NCBI GenBank assembly: GCA_020137815.1
Contig: CM035356.1
Coordinates: 4,464,001-4,528,000 of the forward strand
Source: Hormiphora californensis
Lineage: Eukaryota; Animalia; Ctenophora
Direction: 5' to 3'
Length of the DNA: 64,000 nt
Below are positions 30,395 through 64,000 of this stretch, in pieces (within the stretch, counting starts at the first letter, position 1; each line of letters opens with the position of its first letter). The notes below the pieces were generated by a model. It searched no databases. It worked only from the letters and a program-made list of their open reading frames with translations, and had not been told where the DNA came from. The translations under genes were made by a program, and so were the position numbers.

Positions 30395-33300
30395 TTATTT
30401 TTTGAGCATCATAACGAACTCCTGAAAGTCAATGTCCCCATCACCGTCTGTGTCAACCTCTCTTATCATGTCATCAACCTGGTCCTCATCTGTCTGAACT
30501 CCCAACACAGTCATGATGTGCTTCAATTCCCTCGAGTCTGAAATAATAAGTTGTAGAAATATACAGAGGGGGGATTTCAGAAACTAATAATGGATAGTTG
30601 GAGAAATATACAGAGGAGGGGGGATTTCAGAAGCTATCTTGAACTAGGGAAAACAGTAATTTTGGAATCGGAAACTATTTTGTACTAAGCGAGGGGATGT
30701 TTCATTTAGGATAAACACTGTTTTTAAAAACATTTTACAAATTATATAAATTATGTAATTATATAAATCAATACTAGCTACCTTGCTATTTCAAAACCAT
30801 AATTTATTCGTCTCCCTCATTTCCTCTCCTCTCACTATCTCTCCTCAATTGACTAGGGTACAGGCATAGCAGTGAGAGTGTCTCTGCCACGAATTGCTCA
30901 TTAGCATTCATATTGTTACCCCTATCTTTCTCTCTCTCTCTTTCTATCTCTTTCTATCTCAGCTCTCTCTATCTCTCTCTCCATCTCCCTATCTCTCTCA
31001 CTCTCCCTCGCTCTCTATCTCACTCTATCTTTCTCTATCTCCCTCAAATGTAAAACATCTGCAGCCCCTCATTTCAAAATGACTCATTTGTGTATTGTGT
31101 ACAACTCATTTCTTCTCTCTCCCTCAGTGTTACAGTGCTGCTTGCAGTCAAAATACGGTAACGCAAAATACAGTAAGGAGACGCGCACGGTGCATAACGT
31201 GTGGCAAAAAGTTCATGTGTCAGCACGTACTAGCGCTCTGATTGGTCACGGTTGCGCGTCGTCTTACTGTATCTTCGTTTTCCATTACCGTTTTCCCACT
31301 ACAAGCGACCGTGTTAGCAATTATTTCTACTTGCTCTGCCGAACCTTCTGCACAGTGTGTGTGTTTGTGTGTTTTTAGACCTCCCCGCTGCACAGCTACA
31401 CAACACTCTATCACGATAAAAATTAACCTCTGATTAATATCACAAAGTTGTACACTCAAAGCCCAATTTAAATTGTTCCACAAAGCACTCCACAGCCTCC
31501 CCTACACCACACTCCCTGCCCAGTTTCTGTGACAGTGACGTCACACCGCGATCTTCAATCCCACAGGGAGTTATGTTGTTAAACCAGGACAGGTCTATGT
31601 TACAGTTCAGTGCAATACCATGGGTAGTACACCGTGACCTAATGTTAACTCCCACTGCACATATCTTGTCCTTCCCCGCCCAGATTCCCACGTGTTCCGT
31701 ATCCCTGGCAACGTCCACTCCCAGGTCCTGACACGTTGCCATGACAACCTCCTCTAGAGTCCTAACATACCACACCGCACTGGGTTTGAAGTTGTTTAGA
31801 TGGAGGATTGGGTAGGCGACTAGTTGTCCTGGACCGTGGAATGTGGTTAGACCACCCCTATCAGTCTGGTAGAATTCCTGCACCTTCCACCTCCCTCTTA
31901 TCCAGTTTCCGTTGGCGTTTTCCAAATGTAAACACTGGGTGGTGCTCGCAGAGGATGATGAAGTTGGACCGAGTGTCCTTGGCGTTCTTCCAGAGATCCT
32001 TTTGAAGGACCAAACCTTCTGAGTAACGTAGGAGACCCGGGACCCGAACTATTTTCACGACTCGGTTTGCCATGCTAGAGAGGAAGTAGCATCATTAAAT
32101 GAGAAGTGATGTATAGTTTGTTGTGCTTGAGGCTCTGATGTGGAGCAGAGTCAGTGTCTGCTCTGGCCTTGTTCTACCTGGGCAGTATTTAAATAGCAAA
32201 ACTACCCAAATCATCTAATCATATATTAGTCCCTACCTATACCAAATCATCAAATTATTATTACCTATTGTCCCTCGTCCTTCCTTGTCAAAAATTCTGA
32301 AGGCAGCTTTAATTTGATCCTCTGTACATTCCAACATTTGGTGAGCTACTACCGCCATAAACAACCTGAATTGGAACAAGTACTTACTTAGTAACTAATT
32401 ATATTCCTTCTTCGAGGGTGTTTTGGGATCAAGGGATAGGGCACAGGTAGCCGTGCAGCAAATCTTGTGTTAAATATATGAAATCTTGTACCTGAAGTCT
32501 ATCTGGGTGGTTGGTGAGATAAGAAGATGTTCTTTAGTTAGTTTTAGACTGATTGGAACATGTCCCGTGGCCTGGAGAGCCCACTCTAAATCTTTAGCGG
32601 GAATCCAACCCTCTCCCAGATAGTCAAACAAGTTGAATCCTGATGGGGGGGGGGCAACTTTATTCAAAACTTAATTAATCAATTAACCCCAGTGCCCCGA
32701 TTTTCAAAATCTTCAAAAAATAGGACGTATAATTTTCTTGGTTTTGTTCAAACCTTTTTATTTTATTTTATAAAAAAAAAAGGGGCCGGGGAGGGAGGGT
32801 CGAACAAGGCAAGGAAATCCATTGCTTCCTCCATGACCGGCTTTAAAGTGAGAGAGAACAGCAGGGATTTTCACAAAAAGTTATCTGGATACTCCTTGAT
32901 GGCTAACTAAAACATTAGTGAAAACCGCATGTCTCTAGCATGTTTTTGAAAATCGAGCTAACACATGCGAGACGCACCATTATGGGCCTATAATGGGCGT
33001 AAATTCATATTGTATATGCAGTTACGCCCATTATGGGCCAATTATGGTGCGTCTCGCATGTGTTAGCTCAATTTTCAAAAACATGCTAGAGACATGCGGT
33101 TTTCACTAAAGTTTTAGTTAGCCATCAAGGAGTAACCAGATAACTTTTTGTGAAAATCCCTGCTGTTCTCTCTCACTTTAAGCCATAAATCGACTCTAGC
33201 GGTCCTCGTACCGGTTCATTCCGGTAGGGTATGATATCTGGGCAACCACACTAGTAATATTTAACTGTGCAAAGAAAAAAATCGTGTCAAATGATCGATT

Positions 33301-34291
33301 TAAACCGTATTTTGGTAGGAAGCAACGAGGAAGCAACGCTATTTGTCTTATTTGCCCCATATTTGCACACATTTTGCTGCCGCTGTTGCTGCCGCTGATT
33401 GGACACGTACGAAGTTGTGTAATGCGATCTCCTCGCTGTGCGGCTTCTCAATACATTATTACTGCTGTCTTTACTCGTTATTGAAGAGTCTTCAGTTTGA
33501 AAATTTTTAGGAGGGGCTCAATTGCTCCTTCGGGAGCAATTTATCACCAATTGATTTTTAGTTAAAATTGCTTCCTTGTGTCCAGATTGCTTCCAAATAA
33601 GCACTATTAACCTTTTGGGTATTTGCAAGATCGGGGCACTGGGCAATTAACATCGCATTTGATATATTATGCAGAGAGTTAGAATGATATTAGGCCTGTT
33701 AGAGGAAACAATAAATCACCCACCACTCCACCCTCAACCTCGCCTCCACCCCCACCCCCAAACAACAAATCACCATATCACTCCAGCTCCCCCGCCCTCA
33801 ACCCCGTCCCCCCGCCACCCCAAACAACAAATCCCACCCTACCATCAAAACGTTCCGGATACTTCTCCAGGAACTTCTCACTAGTCATGAACTGCAGGAT
33901 ATTTCCCTTTTGTAACACCGAACAGGCATTACACTGGTCACTCTGCTCCTCTACCAATGATCTTTCTACCTGTGGTGGGTGATGTTAAAACACCATATAT
34001 GGGCATATCACGTGACACACAACAACACCATATATGGGCATGTGACACACACCATATATATGGGCACGTGACACACAACAACACCATATATGGGCATGTG
34101 ACACACACCATATATGGGCATGTGACACACACCATATATGGGCATGTGGCACACACCTGAAGGGTAGTACACTCAGAGGTAACATGGGAGAGTGTCTCAG
34201 TGGGATCTGCAGCGGCTGGCAACCTGGAGAGATCAGGTACTGGAACAAGAACGGAGGGTCTTCGAGTTGAGGTTTTACGGTGGGGTGCCAT
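30395..34291 (-). CDS. Calmodulin-like EF-hand protein with N-terminal extension (5 coding exons)
   Basis: Exons approx. 34157-34291, 33843-33969, 32492-32640, 32265-32365, 30395-30537: ...GFNLFDYLGEGWIPAKDL...IKAAFRIFDKEGRGTIDSRELKHIM...EVDTDGDGDIDFQEFVMMLKK*. GT-AG phases are compatible. Confidence 0.85.
31440..32073 (-). CDS. LIPT2: Lipoyl(octanoyl)transferase LipB/LIPT2, nested in the last intron of the calmodulin-like gene; apparent +1 frameshift at about 31878
   Basis: CEHHPVFTFGKR, TDRGGLTTFHGPGQLVAYPIL, KICAVG, THGIALN and ITPCG motifs. Confidence 0.9.
32688..33643. mobile_element. hAT-like non-autonomous element
   Basis: TIR CCCAGTGCCCCGAT...ATCGGGGCACTGGG with 8-bp TSD CAATTAAC. 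Confidence 0.8.
32847..33177. mobile_element. Palindromic Kolobok-like MITE nested in the hAT-like element
   Basis: TTAA|AGTGAGAG...CTCTCACT|TTAA with about 160-bp inverted arms. Confidence 0.8.
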
Positions 34292-34844
34292 TCTAGAGGA
34301 GTCAGGAGATCGGTTATTTGGATGAGACGATTAGGAGGCAATTAGGAGGTAATTAGGAGGTCATTAGGGTGTAATTAGGGGTAATTAGGGGGTAATTAGG
34401 AGGTAATTAGGTGGTTATTAGGGTGTAATTAGGGGTAATTAGGGGGTAATTAGGAGGGCGCAAATTGAAAAGAAAAGCAATTTAAAATATTAAAGTCGCA
34501 ATTATATATATTGGCAGCAATCACTATACTCAACTGTTACACACAAGTTACAAGTGTTACACAAGTTATACACGTGGAACTCCAATAGGAGATCAGATAC
34601 TAGAACAAGGATATATAATATTGACCTTTAGGTTAGGGTGGTAGTAGGAACCATACATTTAGGTAATATCTTTCTCAAATCATCGTCCCGCGAAAAATCA
34701 CACACAAAAAACTCCAACAAGCCGGTTCAAGCAAAACTTTAACTATAATACTTATTATAGCTGCATAGAAAACCACCATATATGGGCATGCCACGTGACA
34801 CACCATATATGGGCATGTCTATATATGGGCATGTCTGTATAATA

Positions 34845-35016
34845 CAGTCGGACCCCGATTTAACGGCACCCTTGGGGGAAAGGGTTTTGTCCGTTAAATC
34901 GGGGTGTCCGCTAAATCAGGGTCAAATATGGTTGATTTTCTATATCGGGGGAAGATTATCCTGCCGTTAAATCGGGGTGCCGCTAAATCGGGGGCCGTTA
35001 AATCGGGGTCCGACTG
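34845..35016. mobile_element. Tc1/mariner-pogo (Tigger-like) MITE
   Basis: TA|CAGTCGGACCCCGATTTAACGG...CCGTTAAATCGGGGTCCGACTG|TA. Confidence 0.9.
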
Positions 35017-35363
35017 TAGTCCCAGGAATGACATTGGAACCTCTCTTGAAAAGCTAACAAAAACAACGCCCACCACACAGATCTAGTACAGATCTACTAT
35101 ACAATCTAGTGCTCCTTGGAGAGAGGGGGATAGTAATGTACCTCATGTAGAGGCGTGCACACATTATATCATCTCTCCCTCACTCCCTCTCCCTCCCGGG
35201 TAGAACACATTATAACAGTCCCGAGTCTACAAAGAGTAGACTCACAGTTCATGGCACCTCTCTACACACAAGTCCTAGGAATGTCACGTGACGTGACACA
35301 ACACCATATATGGGCACCTCTCTACACAGTCACGTGACACACAACACCATATATGGGCACCTC

Positions 35364-36414
35364 CTAGATGGCACCAGGTTGGATGGTAGCAGGGTTGTCA
35401 TCCACGTTATACCCCGCACCACCAGCCTCTCCTCCATCCGTCCTGATCTGCAGTTTCCCCATCAGCAGCTCCGGCTCAGCATGCCACTCTGTATCCTTGA
35501 AGCAGTACCAACAGTTAGCTCCGAACAGGAACACGCACACGTACCCGAATATGATACTGGCATACAATTTGCTCCATGTATCACCCGTTATACAGTCGTA
35601 TAGGGGAGTGATGCAGGTGGGGGTGTAGGTTGATCCAGCATCAGTTGCGATCTGGTGGAGAAGAAGTGGCATCTCGGTAGGGAGGCCGATATCAGCCCGC
35701 ATGGCAGAGAAACCAGCACTCCACAGGGTCACAGCAAGGAACCACAGGAAGGTCAGCAGTGCTGTGGTACAGAAATCAACTTTAGTGAAGTATTCCTTGA
35801 AGTGGGAGCTCATTTCTTGGAATTTACGGTACCACCCGTACGCAATAATGGCACCCAACACGTAGAGGAAGGACACAACCCCGACAAACACAAAGAACTT
35901 GCTCTCAGACTCAAAACTGTCCTTGAAGGCCAGACCTTTAGTCTCCACATCACCGTTAAGGGAACTGTTAGCCTTTACTTTCTGGGTGTAGTCGTACTTG
36001 CCAAAGGGGTACTTGGTGTGCACTGTAGCAGAGACATCATAGGGTTTGGGGTCAGCTATCTTGAGCGTTAGTGTCGTGGTACCTGAACAGGACATGGTGT
36101 TTTGAACATAATATATAAACCAAGGTTGCTTGCTGCGATGCACCAGGGGTGCCGTGGCCGAAGGACACACTTCAACCCCAAACCGGAAGTGAGTCAAGAC
36201 ACCCCCCCCCCCCAGTATCAGACAGTCACACACCCCCTCGCCCCCAGCCCCCCCCCCCCCCCCCCCACTTACCGGAAGAGCTTGTAGTGAGTGCAAAGGT
36301 GCAGATAACCAGGAACAACTGGACGAATTTAATCATTCCTTTGGGCTGTAGGAAGACGTCCTTGTGCAGCTCAGCAAGAATCTCATTCTTCGTCGCAGTG
36401 ATCGCCTTCAACAT
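35364..36414 (-). CDS. Synaptophysin/synaptoporin-like MARVEL-domain membrane protein
   Basis: join(36273-36414, 35364-36082) = 861 nt, in frame. VFLQPKGMIKFVQ, YPF, SESKFFVFVGV, LWFLAVTLWS, LYASIIFGY...LFGANCWYCFKDT motifs; four TM segments. Confidence 0.85.
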
Positions 36415-37514
36415 CCATCACTAGCTAGTTGAGATGTGATTAGTAATATAATGGGGTAATTAGCTAGTGATTGCCTCAACATCCATCACTAGCTAATTAG
36501 TCGAGATGGCATTAGTAATATATGGGGTAATTAGGGTAATTATTCGAGATGTGATTAGTAATATAATGGGGTAATTAGCCAGTTAGTTGAGATGTGATTA
36601 GTAATATAATGGGGTAATTACGGTAATTAGTCGAGATGTCATTAGTAACATAATGGGGTAATTACGGTAATTAGTTGAGATCTGATTAGCAATAATTAGG
36701 GTCTGACTGTGGTATGAAACCCCTAGGAGCACGGAGCTTTTCTGAAAGCACTCTTCGAGCTGAATTCAGAGCAACCGGAATTATCTTTCTATATCAACGG
36801 GAAGTTTGGGCTTTATGGCAGCCCGAAGTGGCCCCTCGCAGGTCCAGGCATGACCCGAGCTCGCCCGGGAAGGCAGTAGTCACGTGCACATCCTGAGATA
36901 CACACACACTTGTGTATCATCATCACTTGCGTGATGATTTTTGTAATTTAGTCTGATAAAACTAAACCAAAATTTAATCGAGTGTTTTCAATTTAAGGGT
37001 AGCTGTGTCAAGCATGGTGGCTTTATATTTCTCTGTTTCGATTGCCAGTGAGTAAGCCTGTTGTTATGTTTTGTTACGATGAGTGCATCAGTCGAGTGGG
37101 TACTTCTCAAGCATGGGTCTGGGCTGGTCAGTTATTGTCGTGCTAGAAACTGACATGGATCAGATCTAGCCAATTTAGGCAATCTCTCAAGCATTTACTG
37201 AATGGATTGTGTGGTAAATGAATTGTGATACTTGTGAACTGTGAAATGAAAAACATTGGGGCACGGGGAGGGAGGGTCGAACAAGGCAAGGTTTTTTACA
37301 CGGTTTTGTGTGTGACGATGAATTTTAAGTGAGTGTTGGGCATCGAGCCGTGTGAGCGTTCATTTATCATGGGATGTTATGATGTTGATATAGTATTGGT
37401 GAGCAGAATGTTTGCGTACTTGATGGATGTGATTGATACCGTGACTTCTTGATGAAAGTTCTCAGACAGAGAGGGGAGTAACCGACTAGGCGTGGCAAAC
37501 TGTTCTCTGAGTAC

Positions 37515-37613
37515 TGAGATCGGGAAATATTGGTCCCTGATTGGCTGATAACCAGTCACGTGACCTAAATAACAAGTTCTGATTGGTTGTTTACTTGGTT
37601 CGGTCGGTTCCTG
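37515..37613. mobile_element. Short MITE carrying CCAAT and GTCACGTGAC motifs; further copies at 42179-42262 and 61913-61987
   Basis: Three related copies share the CAGGAACCGACCGA end; pseudo-translation EPTxxSKQPIRTxYLGHVTGYQPI. Confidence 0.8.
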
Positions 37614-38493
37614 CAAACTGTTCTCTGAGTACCAATATCGGTCACATACCATACACCAAATTGTACCAAGAGCTATCCTTCAGTTCTCAAAATGGTCCCG
37701 TTCGTGTTGTATTATCTTCTACTCCTCCAATTCACTGTCCGATCAGAGTGTGCACCTGTCCGATCAGAGAGTGCACCTGTCCGATCAGAGAATGCAACTG
37801 TCCGATCAGAGAGTGCACCTGTCGAACAAGAATTATTGCATTATGTATTCATAATGCTGTGTTTCTAATTCCCTGCCCTACCGTTTCACGTTTCACTGTC
37901 AACAGGATCAAGGCTTGGTCATAATGTAATGTGAGATGCATACGATCTAGCTGTCAGTATACTTCTCAAATAGCTTAGCTAACTCACATGACACTTGCTA
38001 ACCAGCTTTTGGCATTCCAACTTAACTACTTATCTAACCTCACACACTCGACTCGCAAGATGATAATGTGTATGTAACACGCGAAACACGGTGTATAGTG
38101 GCTGATCTGCACCGCTGGCATCCCTATAGTGGGTTATAGTTTATATTGTAATTACCTGTTAATTACATGTAATTACCTGTTAATCAAATGTAATTATTCC
38201 AAATACATTCCAATTACTTTCACCGATGTTAAGACCGCAAGAGCTGTTGAACGCACCCTAGAACACCTTTCTACTCCTCCTAATTGCCGAGATCTGCATA
38301 CCCCTTATTTTGACTGTTTTTCGCGTCCTACCCCTTATAATGGGTTTAGGTAAAGCCATCGCCGCATCCCCTATACGTCGCGGGACCTCGAGACCTTTCC
38401 AACGAGCCATATAAAACCTCTCTACGACTTCAGGGGGCTTCAAAACTTTCACTCTAAAATATATATGGTTATGGGTTTTTTATCTGGTATTAA

Positions 38494-39465
38494 GGCCAGA
38501 GGGGGGGGGTCCGAGGGTATAAAAAGTCACTTTCGGCCTCTGGTCCGGCTGGAAGAGCTGGACCAGATGGTATGCTCAGAATGGATTTTACGTGCACTGT
38601 TTTGGAGAAAAATGAGGTTAACTTTTGTCCAAAATCTAATGTTAACCTCATTTATCCATGAACCACAATAGCTACAACGCTAAATTTAGTACTGAATGAT
38701 AGATCTAGTTACAAAGTCAGCTCAAACGAAGTTTCAGACCTCTACTCCTAATGGTTGGAAAGAAATCGGAGGTTAACTTGATCCTCAAAAACTATGTTTT
38801 TCTTGAATATCTCGGGTGAAATTTGGGCCAGTAATGCCCCTTTCATTTGACAACCACTCATCCGTTAACCTCAGAACTTGGCAGGGATGTTCCTCGGATG
38901 GTCCTCTACAAAAGTGATGTAGCGATTTTTGATATCTGCCCCCATTCAAAAATTATGAGGTTAACAGTGCATTTTTAGCCGACCGGGCTCTATTGTTAAC
39001 CTCATAATTTTTGAACGGGGGCAGATATCAAAAATCGCTACATCACTTTTGTAGAGGACCATCCGAGGAACATCCCTGCCAAGTTCTGAGGTTAACGGAT
39101 GAGTGGTTGTCAAATGAAAGGGGCATTACTGGCCCAAATTTCACCCGAGATATTCAAGAAAAACATAGTTTTTGAGGATCAAGTTAACCTCCGATTTCTT
39201 TCCAACCATTAGGAGTAGAGGTCTGAAACTTCGTTTGAGCTGACCTTTTAACTAGATCTTTCATTCAGTATTAAATTTAGCTTTGTAGCTATTGTGGTTC
39301 ATGGATAAATGAGGTTAACATTAGATTTTGGACAAAAGTTAACCTCATTTTTCTCTGAAACAGTGCGCACAAAATCCATTCTGAGCATACCATCTGGTCC
39401 GGCTCTTCGAGCCGGACCAGAGGCCGAAAGTGACTTTTTTAACCCTCGGACCCCCCCCTCTGGCC
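38494..39465. mobile_element. Palindromic Kolobok-like element
   Basis: TTAA|GGCCAGAGGG...CCCTCTGGCC|TTAA with about 480-bp inverted arms. Confidence 0.88.
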
Positions 39466-39883
39466 TTAAGGGCCTGTCGGCTCGGCCACGTTGTTTTAGG
39501 GGGGATGGGTTGAGTTTGGTTTATATTCGGGTCGGTGGCCTTGCCAGGCCCCAAATATGGTTTTTATTGAATTTAACTCCCGTTACTCTCTGGATATAGC
39601 AAAATGAACGAGTTTTTGGACATCTCCAAGCACCCACCACTATTGAAGTACGGACGGGTTCTCAATGGTCTTGGAGTTCTCGGCCTATTGGGATACGGTG
39701 CTGGTTTAATAATTTTTATCCTGTATCATGTGATTAATGGTAATTTAGATCATCATAAACTTGGTTATAGATCATCATAAACTTGGTACCGAAGACACCT
39801 CATACTCTGTTTAGCTCAGGTCGCCGGGCGACCTTCGCGCGTACTGGCAAGGGGTAACTTCGTAACCAAATTATAAACGTGGT

Positions 39884-40101
39884 ATAAAGTCGGATTTTTT
39901 GAATTTTCTCGTTTGAATTGTTCAATGTTCATACTTTCTTTTTATTCTAAAAATCACATGTGCGGGAGCACGAACACAGTGTCAGGCGACTCAACTTCTT
40001 ATGCGCTCGTTATTTTGTGTCACACACATCGCACGTAAAAATTGAGAAATTTCACATGTGCATGCATTTGGGGGTGACAACTTCAAAAAATCCGACTTTA
40101 T
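39884..40101. mobile_element. Degenerate MITE with 20-bp TIR
   Basis: ATAAAGTCGGATTTTTTGAA...TTCAAAAAATCCGACTTTAT. Confidence 0.55.
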
Positions 40102-40236
40102 GAACCATTTGTAACCTATAGGAAAACTAAAAATTAAGAAAAAGTTGTTTGAAAAAAGATGCATTGATGCATTTGCATACGGCGTAATCGTATGTAAGTG
40201 TATCAGTGATATAATAATGATAACATACAGACACAG

Positions 40237-40715
40237 TTATTGTATTTTCAGGAGCTGATTTCGAAGCTACTGGTTGGCCTTGGATCATCAAAAACATTGT
40301 GTTCAGTGTGGTCGGTATTGTGACTGTAGTTTCAATGTATATGAGCACAAGGGACTTAGAGCGTGTTCAACGTGTTCTACTGGCAAAGGCCGTGACTGTG
40401 GTGGTCGGCCTGGCAGTTGTGGGTGTTAATATCCATAACCTCATTGCGTTTTTGATAAACTGTAAGAGACATGTCTTATATTAGAGGACAAGTGAAAGAA
40501 TTCTTTGTATTTCAAGATCTGATCAAACTTGTGAAAATAAAATTCCCCGAGCATCCTATCAATTATTCTACTTTAACCAATTTCAGATGGATTCCTTGTA
40601 TGGTCTGTAAGTTCAGTTATGTGTCTTTTACAACTACTTCAACTTGGTTCCTCACTTATCCTGGCTGGATCGATTGTTCTATTTGCCCTCTGGATGGTAA
40701 ACTCTACACAATCAG
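40237..40715 (+). CDS. Partial gene for a small multi-pass membrane protein (two phase-compatible exons; ends undetermined)
   Basis: Exons 40237-40461 and 40587-40715 splice to ...WPWIIKNIVFSVVGIVTVVSMY...VTVVVGLAVVGVNIHNLIAFLINYGFLVWSVSSVMCLLQLLQLGSSLILAGSIVLFALWM. Confidence 0.45.
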
Positions 40716-41210
40716 GTAGTACTTTTACTACTTTACTTTTACTACTACCGATACTGACTACTATCTGATAAATAACATTGCAATAACATTGTACTTCTCC
40801 GAGTTGACTGTGTTAAATACCAATTATAATGGGGCCTACTGATGTCCGATACACACTACCTAGAGAAAAATGTTATCTTATCCAGAACACAAGGATTGTT
40901 TCTACCCTGTGTGCTTGGTATAAGTGTTGATCTCTCCTGCTACTATCGTGTTGGAATATGTGCCTAGTCTGAGACGAATCCAGCCGAGATCCTTGCTGTA
41001 CGGCTAGTTAAACAAGGAATCGGAGTTGGAGGGTTCCGTGCAGTGCAACACCATGACTTGTTGGCAGAGGCTAGATGCGTTGAGAGTTATAGTCAACCCC
41101 CATCGACTGACTACTATCTGACTACCGATATAAACCACAAGCACAGTAACACAGGGTGGGGCAGCTGTTTAATAAAATCGTTTCAGGCGTTCAGCCACCA
41201 CAAAACCAAT

Positions 41211-42178
41211 AACAAGGACAGGACGTGTCGTACCAGCAAGGACAGGACGTGTCGTACCAGCAAGGACAGGACGTGTCGTACCAACAAGGACAGGACGTGT
41301 CGTACCAGCAAGGACAGGACGTGTCGTACCAACAAGGACAGGACGTGTCGTACCAGCAAGGACAGGACGTGTCGTACCAGCAAGGACAGGACGTGTCGTA
41401 CCAGCAAGGACAGGACGTGTCATACCAGCAAGGACAGGACGTGTCGTACCAACAAGGACAGGACGTGTCGTACCAGCAAGGACAGGACGTGTCGTACCAA
41501 CAAGGACAGGACGTGTCGTACCAGCAAGGACAGGACGTGTCGTACCAGCAAGGACAGGACGTGTCGTACCAACAAGGACAGGACGTGTCATACCAACAAG
41601 GACAGGACGTGTCGTACCAACAAGGACAGGACGTGTCGTACCAGCAAGGACAGGACGTGTCATACCAGCAAGGACAGGACGTGTCGTACCAGCAAGGACA
41701 GGACGTGTCGTACCAGCAAGGACAGGACGTGTCATACCAGCAAGGACAGGACGTGTCGTACCAGCAAGGACAGGACGTGTCGTACCAGCAAGGACAGGAC
41801 GTGTCATACCAGCAAGGACAGGACGTGTCATACCAGCAAGGACAGGACGTGTCATACCAGCAAGGACAGGACGTGTCGTACCAACAAGGACAGGACGTGT
41901 CGTACCAGCAAGGACAGGACGTGTCGTACCAACAAGGACAGGACGTGTCGTACCAGCAAGGACAGGACGTGTCGTACCAGCAAGGACAGGACGTGTCGTA
42001 CCAACAAGGACAGGACGTGTCATACCAGCAAGGACAGGACGTGTCGTACCAACAAGGACAGGACGTGTCGTACCAGCAAGGACAGGACGTGTCGTACCAG
42101 CAAGGACAGGACGTGTCGTACCAACAAGGACAGGACGTGTCGTACCAGCAAGGACAGGACGTGTCGTACCAACAAGGA
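41211..42178. repeat. 24-bp minisatellite (about 40 copies)
   Basis: Unit CAAGGACAGGACGTGTC[G/A]TACCA[G/A]; mostly stop-free, hence the overlapping ORFs. Confidence 0.97.
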
Positions 42179-42463
42179 CTGATTGGCTGATAACCAGTCA
42201 TGTGACCTAAATAACGAATTCTGGTTGGTTGACGGTTGTTTACTTGTGTCGGTCGGTTCCTGGAACCTCAATAATAATTGGAAGGTTCAAGGTATGAGGA
42301 TGCTCCGTACAAACTGTTAGTTTAGAAATAGTATTAGGAGAGAAACTGTTAAAAAAACACATTTGAAAACGTAAAATTAAGTATATATGTTATTGAAAAT
42401 ACATTATAAGTTAAAATACAATAAGTTAAAAATGTTTTGAAAACAATAAAAATGCGCACGTGT

Positions 42464-63849
<21,386 letters not shown>

Positions 63850-64000
63850 CTAGCACCAATATAGGGTCGCCTTAGCAGCAATTGTAGTGGTACTCTAGCA
63901 ACAATAGGATTACCGTAGCAACAATAGTGGTGCCCTAGCAACAGTAGGGTTACCCTAGCAACAATAGTGGTGCCCTAGCAACAGTAGGGTTACCCTAGCA

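Noticed and set aside
27655-31885. Programmed +1 frameshifting in LIPT2 and the orphan gene (extra G at CAGG/AAGG)
   Set aside because: No shared slippery motif; assembly indels or null alleles are more parsimonious. Needs a read check.
38221-39700. Outer CACCG...CGGTG element around the Kolobok-like palindrome
   Set aside because: Terminal similarity is weak and no TSD was found.

Overview
Eukaryotic, intron-rich animal DNA, most likely a pleurobrachiid ctenophore (Pleurobrachia/Hormiphora-like). That call is inferred from a ctenophore-type spliced leader and a characteristic MITE, both recognised from memory. Genes on +: the 3' part of a USP24-like deubiquitinase (to 16105) and a tentative membrane-protein gene. 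Genes on -: a tight co-directional cluster (synaptophysin-like, calmodulin-like with LIPT2 nested in its intron on the same strand, UBE2J1, an unknown gene, C19orf47-like) and most of RECQL/RECQ1 (42464 to beyond 63819). Introns are packed with palindromic non-autonomous DNA transposons (Chapaev-, Kolobok-, hAT-, pogo-, Harbinger- and Helentron-like) and LINE sequences. Three observations stand out. (1) Many introns hold tandem arrays of the gene's own exon-intron junction (up to about 60 decoy splice sites), and the exon-derived parts of the copies differ almost only at synonymous positions. (2) A full-length CR1-like LINE carries the trans-spliced leader at its 5' end. (3) The minus-strand cluster looks operon-like, with a 3' splice site 1-12 nt upstream of every ATG. 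Coordinates were read by eye and may be off by a few nt.
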